Sequence record: NC_004629.1
Length of the DNA stretch: 64,000 nt
Direction: 5' to 3' (one strand)
In this document: one piece after another, positions 38,230 through 47,922 of the stretch
Layout: every line of letters starts with the position of its first letter
Position numbering within the stretch: position 1 is the stretch's first letter
Program-made: the position numbers and the translations under genes
The notes under the pieces: model-generated
The model's input: only the letters and a program-made list of their open reading frames with translations
What the model was told of the DNA's origin: nothing
The model's database searches: none

Positions 38230-38560
38230 AGATGAAGCTACAGTCATCGCCTTATTAACTCAATGGGTTGTTAAGATGATGTCTAAATTACAACAGGATA
38301 ATACGGTTATTCCTTTTGTGGATATACCAATACAACTAGGAAATGGTCCAGATTGGGATGAGTTCATTAATTTGTTCTATACAACTGGAATCCAATTACT
38401 ACATAGAACACCGAAGAATTTAATAGACTATAAGTTCATTAGAGTAATAGATAATAAAGTTGTTCTATTAACTATAGTCACTGGTAAAGAGTGGAGTCAA
38501 TATGCAATTGTTGCTAATTTTGAAACCGCGTTCTTTTACGGAAGAGCTAGGTGTAGGTGA
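38120..38560 (+). CDS. hypothetical protein
   Basis: MDCTSEEVQRLVYV start chosen by similarity to the 35899 N-terminus (MRDCT...LYVV) and a shared YTTG. Confidence 0.6.
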   Translation: MDCTSEEVQRLVYVLPIEVVFPQLITLIKKFTYLTNKDEATVIALLTQWVVKMMSKLQQDNTVIPFVDIPIQLGNGPDWDEFINLFYTTGIQLLHRTPKNLIDYKFIRVIDNKVVLLTIVTGKEWSQYAIVANFETAFFYGRARCR

Positions 38561-38936
38561 GCCGACTGATTTTGTACTATGGTGTATTAATAGACTTCTA
38601 GCAGCATATGTAGAATACTTTAACCACTGGCAGAGATTAGATTGGCCTACCTTTTTAGAGCAATGGTTAGAAGATTACTTAAGCGATACCTATATAGAAC
38701 CAGATAGACCGATGAGCATGATGGTATTTGATCATCAGGGAAATCCTAATACTATCAATTGGCACTTAAGATCTGCTGAGATTATCGAAAGAGTATTGGA
38801 TTTATTTGGAACTGATTTCTTAGAGATAATCCAAAAACAAGTTATTCAGGCAGGTAATCTTATTACTAGTCTTAAATGTATAGAAGTAGATAAATATAAG
38901 ATGGTAACTAAATTAGTTATGAGGTCTCAAACATGA
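38502..38936 (+). CDS. hypothetical protein
   Basis: 144-aa ORF with GGAG SD. Confidence 0.75.
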   Translation: MQLLLILKPRSFTEELGVGEPTDFVLWCINRLLAAYVEYFNHWQRLDWPTFLEQWLEDYLSDTYIEPDRPMSMMVFDHQGNPNTINWHLRSAEIIERVLDLFGTDFLEIIQKQVIQAGNLITSLKCIEVDKYKMVTKLVMRSQT

Positions 38937-39469
38937 TGCATCCACTTCTTTATAGACAACAAGAAATGCAGCGGATAAATGATGCTAATAACATAACTCC
39001 AGGCCAACAAGGAATGACGAGTTTCGTAGTTATTAACATCAGTGATATCTGGCCCATTGTTAATAAAATGGCTGATGTAGTTGTCAATAAGTCTTACAAT
39101 ACTCCTTACCCATATACTGAACACCAGTCTATAGAACAATTATGGTATCAGGCAATTAATTCATATATTGAATTTCTAGCGCAACAGCCTACTCAACCAA
39201 TTATAGGGGTTGACTATTATTTACAAGAATACTTTCCATCGGTAGCACCTGTGATTATGCAAGATAAATATGCATTGAGTATTCTTAATATGTGGTTTGC
39301 GACCGTGTGTAAAACATTGGCTAGCAAACTACAATCTGAAATAGCACATCTCTATCAGAATGGATATGGTGTAGAAAGAATCCAATCAATAGCAGTTGAT
39401 CAACATAATCAGGGTTATATTCTAGAAGGTGAAGACTTTGGTATGGACTGTTACAATGATGTGGATTAA
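38933..39469 (+). CDS. hypothetical protein
   Basis: 178 aa; GAGGT SD; ATGA overlap. Confidence 0.8.
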   Translation: MMHPLLYRQQEMQRINDANNITPGQQGMTSFVVINISDIWPIVNKMADVVVNKSYNTPYPYTEHQSIEQLWYQAINSYIEFLAQQPTQPIIGVDYYLQEYFPSVAPVIMQDKYALSILNMWFATVCKTLASKLQSEIAHLYQNGYGVERIQSIAVDQHNQGYILEGEDFGMDCYNDVD

Positions 39470-39541
39470 GTGACACATATTAACAATTGACGCAAATAGG
39501 AAAGCCTATCGGTTCACATAGGCTTCCTACTAGGAACCGAT

Positions 39542-39925
39542 ATGGAAAAACGAGTATTTATCGTATTTAAATCTAAAGAGTCAGAAGTATATTCGCAACA
39601 TTTGCTTCGTGAATATACAAAACGAATGATATATCCAGATTGTCCAACACCACTTGATTTATTTGAAGAATCACGTAAGTTAAGTTATATGGATACGCTT
39701 AATAATGACATATACATCCATATGCTGATGTATGGACATGACTCATTTGATGATCCTGACGAAGATATTGAGTTAGAGAATTATTCTACTAAAGGATATG
39801 TTATTGAATATTGTACCGACTTTATCAATAGCTTTAAAGAAAAATATCCAAATGGACATGTATTAATTACAGTGCCAATGGATACAAAAGGTCTGTTTGG
39901 TGTAGTTGTATTACTAGATGAGTAA
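39542..39925 (+). CDS. hypothetical protein
   Basis: 127-aa ORF with AGGA SD. Confidence 0.75.
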   Translation: MEKRVFIVFKSKESEVYSQHLLREYTKRMIYPDCPTPLDLFEESRKLSYMDTLNNDIYIHMLMYGHDSFDDPDEDIELENYSTKGYVIEYCTDFINSFKEKYPNGHVLITVPMDTKGLFGVVVLLDE

Positions 39926-39950
39926 TACCCTATGTAACCAACTATTTTAG

Positions 39951-40376
<426 letters not shown>

Positions 40377-40380
40377 CTAT

Positions 40381-40404
40381 AAAGGAGCCATTATGGCTCC
40401 TTTT
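40381..40404 (+). terminator. intrinsic terminator
   Basis: aaaggagcca-TTA-tggctccttt followed by T. Confidence 0.8.
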
Positions 40405-40577
40405 ATGTTGTTTTATTTTTACTTACTTACATCATCTAATGTGAATGTAAGTTGATGTGCTACCTCTCAATTTAGGGTACCCGTATAGGGTACCCATTCT
40501 TTCCTTTTCTTTTTTAGTTAAAAAGAGAGAAATCATTCACTATAATTAAAAAATAAGTATACTGAGAGATATGTGAA

Positions 40578-42773
40578 ATGACCGCATTTGCCCAACCAAA
40601 TCCGTTTTTAAAAGATGTCAATGATTACCATCGTGATATTGATATCATTAATGCATGTCTTGATGATAATGCCAAATATCTTCAATTAATGACAAAAGAT
40701 GAATTAAATATTAGTTTAGAAGAATGTAAAGAATTTGTTAAAGAACAATTACGTCAAAATGGTGAATATGCACTTCGTAATCCATTAGCAACTATTCTAG
40801 ATAAAAATAAGTTTGGTGATAGGGAATTAAAGACGGTTTCATTTATGGCTTTTCTTAACCGTGTTAAGAAACAGAATCTATTATTATCTCCATCAATGAC
40901 CGCATATTTACCAGAGTCTGTTAGACAGTCTACGCACTCCATCTATATTGCCGAAGGTGTGAAAAACCGTAAGCGTGTTAAAGGTGAACAGATGCAGGCT
41001 GAACGTGAAGCAGCTGCTTTCCTACAGGCCGGCGATAAAGAGAATTCACAAATTAAAACAGAACTTGCACAAGTACGTAAAGGCGAGCAAGAAAACTTCA
41101 AAATTAACAATAACTCATATTCAGGCGGTACTGTATCTGCTGCCACTATTCTTTATTATAAGTCCACACACTCTAGTTTAACATCTACCTGTAGAACTGG
41201 TACCTCTTATGCTAACTCAAATAATGAAAAATTCATTATGGGTAATAGGCATTATTATACTCCAGAAATCACAAAAGCTAATTTAGTAAACACTATTAAT
41301 GTAGCTGATATGGAGTTAATTCAAAAAGCAGTAACTAATTTTAATCTACATTGCCCAACGCCAGAAGAAGTAGTTGATATGGTTCTTTATTCAACTAAAC
41401 ACTATTGGCAAAATAAGTACTACACGGCGCAGATTTTAAAACTAGCTACTGGGATGACACCAGTCGAACGAGCAGCAGTTATGTACGTAGGTGATCTATA
41501 TCACTTATATAAATACAATAAAGAATTAATCAAGAGCTTTCTAATTAAATTAAGCCAGGTTGGAACAAAAGAACAAATCATCACTGAAGAAGAATATTCA
41601 ACTTATGATGGTGATATGGATCTATTGGCTAGCTTTATTTGCTTTGATACTGTTAAAGGTCGATCTAAAGCTAAACTAAAAGAGTCAGATCCAGATACAT
41701 TAAACCAAGTTTATGCCACTGGTCGAAATATCGCTGAAACTCTTAATGAATATCGTCTATTGATTGAAGCTTTCTTCTTGACTAAATGTGTACCATCAAG
41801 CATTCATGCTTTTCCAACTGTGTATAGACGAGCTGCTGTTATTTCAGATACTGACTCCACTATGTTTACATTACAATGGTGGGTTGAGGAATTCTTTGGT
41901 AAAGTAACTTTTAGCAATGAAGCTAAGCGACTAGTATTCGCACTAGTGTTTCTAGTGTCTGAAGTAGTTATGCATATCTTGGCGATTCAATCCGCTAATA
42001 TGGGTGTATCTAAAGATAAGCTTCGTCTATTTGCAATGAAGAACGAATATTATTTCGCAGTACTGGCCTTAACTACTCGTTCTAAACATTACTTTGCATC
42101 ACAGGATGCCCAAGAAGGGGTAATGTTTAATGAGTCACGAATGGAGATCAAGGGTGTAGGACTAAGGGATAGTAAAGTACCTAAGAAGATTAATAGTCGT
42201 GCTAAAACACTCATGGAAGATATCATTAAAACTGTAAAGACTGAAGAGAAAATCGACTTGGCTTCAATTCTAAAAGAAGTTGGTGATATCGAAAGAGAAA
42301 TTATTGAGTCTGTTAGAAGTGGTAAAGCTGAGTATCTGACAAGTGGTCAAACTAAACGACCTGAGTCTTATAAATCTGAAGATAACTCAACCCATAAAAA
42401 GGGATTAGTGTGGAAGACTGTATTTGCTCCATCATTTGGTGACGCTGGTGATCCACCTTATTCACATGTAAAGATCTCAGTTACTCTTAATAATAAAACT
42501 GCGATCAAAGAATGGATTGATGGTATCGAAGATAAGAAATTAGCTGCTCGTATTCAAGCATGGGTTACTGAAGAAAATAAAACCAGTATTGGTGATTTCC
42601 ATATCCCGAGTACAGTAGTAGAAACTGGTCGTATTCCAGAAGTTATTACGCGTGTTGCTGACGTTAGAACTATCATTGGAAATACTATGGGTGTATTCTA
42701 TCTAACCTTAGAGTCCCTAGGTATTTTCCTTATTGATAAAAATAACGATCGACTCATCTCCGACTTCTATTAA
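40578..42773 (+). CDS. DNA polymerase, family B, polymerase subunit of the split phiKZ enzyme (gp50)
   Basis: motif B KINNNSYSG, motif C SDTDS, then RSKHY and KGVG; no exonuclease or motif A here, consistent with the known two-gene phiKZ polymerase. Confidence 0.88.
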   Translation: MTAFAQPNPFLKDVNDYHRDIDIINACLDDNAKYLQLMTKDELNISLEECKEFVKEQLRQNGEYALRNPLATILDKNKFGDRELKTVSFMAFLNRVKKQNLLLSPSMTAYLPESVRQSTHSIYIAEGVKNRKRVKGEQMQAEREAAAFLQAGDKENSQIKTELAQVRKGEQENFKINNNSYSGGTVSAATILYYKSTHSSLTSTCRTGTSYANSNNEKFIMGNRHYYTPEITKANLVNTINVADMELIQKAVTNFNLHCPTPEEVVDMVLYSTKHYWQNKYYTAQILKLATGMTPVERAAVMYVGDLYHLYKYNKELIKSFLIKLSQVGTKEQIITEEEYSTYDGDMDLLASFICFDTVKGRSKAKLKESDPDTLNQVYATGRNIAETLNEYRLLIEAFFLTKCVPSSIHAFPTVYRRAAVISDTDSTMFTLQWWVEEFFGKVTFSNEAKRLVFALVFLVSEVVMHILAIQSANMGVSKDKLRLFAMKNEYYFAVLALTTRSKHYFASQDAQEGVMFNESRMEIKGVGLRDSKVPKKINSRAKTLMEDIIKTVKTEEKIDLASILKEVGDIEREIIESVRSGKAEYLTSGQTKRPESYKSEDNSTHKKGLVWKTVFAPSFGDAGDPPYSHVKISVTLNNKTAIKEWIDGIEDKKLAARIQAWVTEENKTSIGDFHIPSTVVETGRIPEVITRVADVRTIIGNTMGVFYLTLESLGIFLIDKNNDRLISDFY

Positions 42774-42780
42774 GAAATAT

Positions 42781-42833
42781 AGCCTCCCCTAGTGGGAGGC
42801 TTATATACTAAAAAATAATTAAGATTTATATAG
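42781..42833 (+). promoter_or_regulatory. terminator followed by an early-like promoter
   Basis: agcctccc-CTAGT-gggaggct then aaaaaataattaagatttatatag. Confidence 0.65.
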
Positions 42834-42871
42834 TCTGATTGCCAATTACTAACTTAATATGGTTCAATATA

Positions 42872-43048
42872 ATGACAAATCATACCGAATTTAATTTTGA
42901 CTTAGATCGGATGAAGAAGGCAATTAATAGCGGCACTATCACATTACCAACAGTACCATCGGGATTAACTCGTGAAGAGAAACGAGCTTTTATCCGAAAA
43001 TATATTAAAGATAAATTAAAAGAGGTAGATGATAATGGAAAAGACTAA
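42872..43048 (+). CDS. small hypothetical protein
   Basis: ATG 42872 (MTNHTEF) within track ORF 42839-43048. Confidence 0.6.
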   Translation: MTNHTEFNFDLDRMKKAINSGTITLPTVPSGLTREEKRAFIRKYIKDKLKEVDDNGKD

Positions 43049-43754
43049 TGAAGTTCGTGTAATCACTTGGAATGATTATAGTAAATTAGTAAATGATAAT
43101 CGTATTAGGATCCATGGATTAGCCCCTGATGATTCCACCAAAGCAACAGCCTATGTTCTTTTGGATGATGGTACTGAGGAATTGGTATATGTAACTTATT
43201 CTAATGAATTAAAAGAAGCTGATGTTACTACTGAAACAACTGCAATTACTAGTGATAAAAGTTCACTAGATGATGTTCAACCAATTGGTTTAATTACCTC
43301 TAATAACGAACCACCAAAGTTAAATAGTCTAAATGACTATATCGATGAATTCAATTGGCACTCAAGTGCTGACAATGATTACAATAATGTCTCACTTGAA
43401 TTAATGCTAAATACCCATCATACAACTCTTTGGGAATGTGATAATATTCTAGTAAAAGACGTAACTATTAAACAAGCTCTTAAAGAAGGTGTTGATAAAC
43501 AACTTATTAATACTGATAGTTCATTCGATGAACTGGTTACGCATCTAAGGCTAACTGCTAAAACTATTATGGATCCATTAGATGAAATGGATAATGGAGT
43601 TAAAAGCAGTGACCAAGCTGTAGTTGATCAATTACTAAATCATGACCGTCGACCAGGTAAGTTTAGTAATAAAATGCTATTGCCAGCTATCCCAGGAATT
43701 AACCGAGCTGAACGTAGAAAATTACTTTCTAAAATGAAGAAAGGTAATTTCTAA
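43035..43754 (+). CDS. hypothetical protein (gp51-like)
   Basis: GAGGT SD; C-terminal NRAERRK basic motif. Confidence 0.75.
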   Translation: MEKTNEVRVITWNDYSKLVNDNRIRIHGLAPDDSTKATAYVLLDDGTEELVYVTYSNELKEADVTTETTAITSDKSSLDDVQPIGLITSNNEPPKLNSLNDYIDEFNWHSSADNDYNNVSLELMLNTHHTTLWECDNILVKDVTIKQALKEGVDKQLINTDSSFDELVTHLRLTAKTIMDPLDEMDNGVKSSDQAVVDQLLNHDRRPGKFSNKMLLPAIPGINRAERRKLLSKMKKGNF

Positions 43755-43765
43755 TAAAACGGCAT

Positions 43766-43797
43766 ATAACCCCCTCCAATTTAGGAGGGGGTTTATG
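43766..43797. terminator. bidirectional terminator
   Basis: aaccccctcc...ggagggggtt between convergent genes. Confidence 0.8.
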
Positions 43798-44889
43798 TCA
43801 CATTTCTTTTCTTTTAAGTGCATCTATCATCCAATCAACTTGTGCCTGTTGAGCTTTTACAAACTCGCTATTTGCTTGTTGCTTAAATGCTTGATCATTA
43901 GATGCTTCTATAAGATCAATTAATACAGCGTTAACAGAAGATTGATCATAACCAGTGTTCTTTAAAAGCTGTCCTACAAGATACTTAATGAAGGGTGTGC
44001 GAGCCAATACATAAGCCCATTCATTATTCCTATTAATAGGTTCTCGTGGGAGTCGCATCATATCGAACAAATTAGATTGTACGATAGCTGGTGTTATCCA
44101 TGATAAACCTTCCATGTCTACACCCTTTAATATGGATTCTCTATTGATAGTTGTACATAGTTTATCAATACGTGGATTCATATCAGTGATGTAAAATGGA
44201 TGCGGTATAGGGAATGTTGGATTTTTAATATCTAAAGCATTCCTTGCTAACCTGTTAAAGAAAGAAATATCTAAATAAGAGTCAACCATATTTGGCAATA
44301 CAAATGATCCTATAAACCTATATGTATCTTCAACTTCATCAGGATTCTTCTCAACTTGCCATCGATACCAGTAACGGTACATCACAAGAAGCATTGGTAT
44401 ATTTACTAGAGTTACACCATAGCCTCTACCCTGCGTGGTATTGTTCATGATAGGTAAATTAGTATCAGTACGTGTATGATACAGATACGTAACAGGGGAA
44501 AGTTTATACCATGTTTTATTTAGATCTTTTAGATCAAAGCTCTCTGATGTGGATACTAGAACTTCTTCAGTTTGAGGACCAAGTGTAACACCACCTACAT
44601 GAACCTTACCTTTATTTAAAGATGATGTAATACCAAATGAACGAATAATAGCACGTGAACGATCGTCCACGTTCTTTATAAAAGTAGCATCATCACTTAG
44701 TAACTCTACGTTAAAATGTCGAATCATTTGTGCTAATATATTTTTAGATTCAACATACTTCGGTGCCCGTCTATAATAACTTTTAACGTCCCTAATTTGC
44801 TCAGCGTAGATTCGTCGGATATAATGGATGTTAGGATCAACCACCTGCCCCAATTTACGTGACGGAGCATTCTTAAATAAATTATACAT
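43798..44889 (-). CDS. virion structural protein (gp52-like)
   Basis: 363 aa; late TATG motif 38 nt upstream on the minus strand; synteny next to chimallin. Confidence 0.7.
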   Translation of the reverse strand: MYNLFKNAPSRKLGQVVDPNIHYIRRIYAEQIRDVKSYYRRAPKYVESKNILAQMIRHFNVELLSDDATFIKNVDDRSRAIIRSFGITSSLNKGKVHVGGVTLGPQTEEVLVSTSESFDLKDLNKTWYKLSPVTYLYHTRTDTNLPIMNNTTQGRGYGVTLVNIPMLLVMYRYWYRWQVEKNPDEVEDTYRFIGSFVLPNMVDSYLDISFFNRLARNALDIKNPTFPIPHPFYITDMNPRIDKLCTTINRESILKGVDMEGLSWITPAIVQSNLFDMMRLPREPINRNNEWAYVLARTPFIKYLVGQLLKNTGYDQSSVNAVLIDLIEASNDQAFKQQANSEFVKAQQAQVDWMIDALKRKEM

Positions 44890-44904
44890 GGTTATTATCC
44901 GATT

Positions 44905-44934
44905 AAAAATTAATTGAGATCTATATCATAGTTT
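44905..44934. promoter_or_regulatory. overlapping divergent promoter: early TATATCAT (+) and late TATG (-)
   Basis: agatctatatcatagttt at 44917-44934, identical to 63058-63075. Confidence 0.65.
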
Positions 44935-44970
44935 GGTAACAACAGTAGTAATTACAAATAGGAATATACA

Positions 44971-45336
44971 ATGGCTAAAAATAATGTTGAAGACCCGCCA
45001 CTATATTTAGGTAATAACAAAGATCTTACCGTATACATGACTAGCAAAGAAATTGTAGTTAACTTTTTCAATGTAGAGCGTAGAGTTAAGATAGATCCTA
45101 ATGACCCCAATCCATTAGCAACTGCTACTAAACTCCATGAGGAATTAGTTAAGCTATTAGTCGCGCATCGATTTGGTAGTGTAGTTAAAGTAAATGAAAC
45201 ATCTGCTTCAGCACATTCACCATTTGTTGCTAAATTTGACACAACTGATAATAATAAAGTTGATCCAGTTAGTAAACTATACGAACTGTACCATTCTCTT
45301 TTTGGAACAGTTCGTAAATATATGCAAAGTAAATGA
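44971..45336 (+). CDS. hypothetical protein (gp53-like)
   Basis: 121-aa ORF with AGGA SD. Confidence 0.75.
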   Translation: MAKNNVEDPPLYLGNNKDLTVYMTSKEIVVNFFNVERRVKIDPNDPNPLATATKLHEELVKLLVAHRFGSVVKVNETSASAHSPFVAKFDTTDNNKVDPVSKLYELYHSLFGTVRKYMQSK

Positions 45337-45551
45337 TAACTGCATTTTATAAAAATACTGATAGTTATTATTTAATACAGGACTGACGTAAATTAGTTTC
45401 TGGATTCAAACTTTATACCCATAAACTCAAAAAAGAAGATATGGAAATTGTAAAATGAAAAATAAATAATACTCAGATTGTAATAATATGTAGTGAACAT
45501 AGTGTTCGTTACGATCTGCTGATAGCAGATTATAGCGTCTATGTTGTAATG

Positions 45552-45575
45552 AAAAAAATTTGAGATTTATATTAC
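45552..45575 (+). promoter_or_regulatory. early promoter of chimallin
   Basis: aaaaaaatttgagattTATATTAC (core 45568-45575). Confidence 0.85.
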
Positions 45576-45647
45576 TAAATTGAATCTAGTATACTAAGTA
45601 CTTAGGTTCTTCTTGATCAAGAAACCATAATCGTAAAGGTATTTAAA

Positions 45648-47528
45648 ATGGCTGTTAACGAAAACGAAATCGGCACCGTTCAAACTCAAGCTACTGCTCC
45701 TGCTCCGCAACCCACTGCACAGCGTCAAGCTCAACGTCCTACTGGCGCGCCTGGGTCTACTACTGGCATTAACCATCTAATGCGTCGCTCTGGTCGACTA
45801 GATGGCTCTGATGCTCGTTCAGCAGATGCCCTACAAGTATTCACTAAAGTAAAAGAAGAAGCAATCCGCCATCAGGACCTACCTGATGACTTCGATATCC
45901 ATCGTTTCGATCGTGATGCGCAACAAGTTGGTATGGCTGGTCTACTCATTGTTAAACTAGCTAAAGATATCAATGGTTCCATGAAGGCATTCGTTCGTAC
46001 TCTAGTACTCGATAACCTACCTGGTACTCGCATCCGTCCCCGTACCCACAAAATCAACAATGGTCTAACCGACGACATCATTGAAGAGAAGGTACTACCG
46101 CGTGATGTATTCACTGCTCAATACTGGAGCAAGATCGGCGAGTTCCTACGGAACCGTTACAACATCCCTGGTCTAGAAGTACTATCTGCCGGTCCCCGTG
46201 CAGTGTATGCTGACTTCGACTTCAAAGATGAACTAGCTGTTAAGAACCTACTAGTTGAATCTGTTAACATCTGTGAAGATGCTATTGCACGTCGTAACAA
46301 TGAGACTCCGTTCTCTATTGCGACCCACATCAAAGCAGAAAACGAACAGCTTACCTGCAACCTAGACTACAATGGTATTCCGGTTAAAGATAGCTGTGGT
46401 AATCCGATCCGTTCTGACATGGTCATCTCCACTAGCCGTGGTAAGAAAACCAACGTACCTGAGAACGAGTTCTATGATACCGATAGCCAGCTAAACCAAG
46501 TTAGTCTATTCGTAGATCTACATTGGACTCCGACCACTGGCCAGCAACAAGGTATGTTTGGCGTAACTCTACCTGGTGCAGCTCTACCTCCGCAGTTCAC
46601 TCCTTACATCGTTATCACTGACGTTCGTAAGGCATCCTGGATCCAAGCATGGACTCTAGAAATGTGGCTGTTCGCACTCGGTAATGCGTATCGTGCAACT
46701 GCATCCCAGGCATGGGCTCGTACCCTAATGCCGAAGATCGCTACTAGCAAGATGCGTGATATTGGTGCACTTGGTTATTACTCAGAGCTAGGTAAAGCGA
46801 TTGAAACTCGCACCGAAGCATTCATGGCAGACGACAGCAACTTCGTAATGCTAATGAACAAGATGGTTAACCAGAACCCTGCATTCCAGATCGATATCGA
46901 TCCAATGGGCGACAACTCAGCTATTGAGCAAGTCATCCTAGATGCAGCTGGTGGCGTAAACCAAGCTCGTGCAGTTAGCCTGATCTTCCAAGCTCTAACT
47001 AACCTATACGGCACTGATTTCCGTCAGTTCTATAACCTAGCTGAAGCTGGTCCGATTATCTTTGACAACCATCATGAAGTAGACCTCGGTCACTACACTG
47101 ATGAGCATGGCGAACTAAGCGACCGTCGTGATCTTGACGTTCTAGGTGCCATGAACATGTCTGAAGGTAATGACCAAGAGTGGAAGACCTGGTATGCTAC
47201 TCAGGTAGGTAATGACCACATTGTGCGTCGTATGAATAACAGTAAAGGCTTCGACAAGATGTACCTAGGTAACGTTACCTATACTGGTCGTGCTCGTCGT
47301 CTAACCTTTAACCCGAAATTCATCACCGCAATGGATGCCGCAGCAGCAGCCGCTGGTGTAACTGTAACCATGGAAAACCTAATTACCAACTTCGGTCAAC
47401 AGCGCTTCGCTGGTTACACCGGTATGGGTAACATGGCTGTTTCTGGTAGTGCACAAGTTGGCATGGCTGGCAGCATGGGTCAAACTTACGGCGCTCCTTC
47501 CTATAATGCACCGGGTACCTGGTACTAA
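45648..47528 (+). CDS. chmA: chimallin, major phage nuclear shell protein (gp54)
   Basis: 626 aa; Q/A/P-rich N-arm and G/M-rich C-tail; directly upstream of the nvRNAP beta' gene; strong high-expression codon bias. Confidence 0.9.
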
Positions 47529-47529
47529 T

Positions 47530-47897
47530 AGGAAATACCTCGGTAGATAGGGATGTTAAATAAGTAACATCCCGATTCTAATACTGCGACCCTGGTTCAC
47601 TTCGGTGATAACGGTTAGGAGTAGGTTCCGTGAAGTAATCGACTAGTGGACTTAGTCTAGGTCGACCTATCACTACACGAGGATGATAGATCACTTAACC
47701 GAAAGGAGTTACTCAAAAGGTAACGTGTGATCAAAAACTACAATGGATGGTAAATGAGACTAGTGCCGGTATGCTACAAAGAAGAGCGGAGGTTAAGCTT
47801 TGTAGATGACGCTAGGCTCGGGCCAGGCTCCGTTGGTGGTCCATTGTAAAAACTGATATAGCGGCTCCTTCGGGGGCCGCTTATATCTCCTTTTTTT
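47530..47897 (+). ncRNA. candidate large structured RNA or 3' UTR domain ending in a strong terminator
   Basis: ~360-nt GC-richer gap with nested long helices, cUUCGg and GAAA tetraloops and A-rich linkers; terminator gatatagcggctcc-TTCG-ggggccgcttatatc plus T7. Confidence 0.7.
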
Positions 47898-47922
47898 GTT
47901 AATCGATAAACAGGAGTTTGGT

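Noticed and set aside
40578-42773. Missing exonuclease and motif A in the DNA polymerase, suggesting a pseudogene
   Set aside because: phiKZ-like phages are known to split this polymerase between two distant genes
45333-45458. Coupled small ORF with one in-frame TGA (45384-45386), suggesting readthrough or TGA recoding
   Set aside because: It is only 41 codons with no other support, and TGA clearly ends many genes here (5475, 6056, 22423, 55100), so a reassigned code is not supported
45480-45550. Small hairpins (gaaca/tgttc, atctgct/agcagat) upstream of the chimallin promoter
   Set aside because: They are short AT-rich stems upstream of the promoter core, which is not enough to call a functional RNA
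47530-47897. tRNA, tmRNA, RNase P, hammerhead or group II domain V identity for the structured RNA
   Set aside because: I found no T-loop/CCA end, no GAGGAAAGUCC, no CUGAUGA core and no domain V consensus; it is kept as an unclassified candidate
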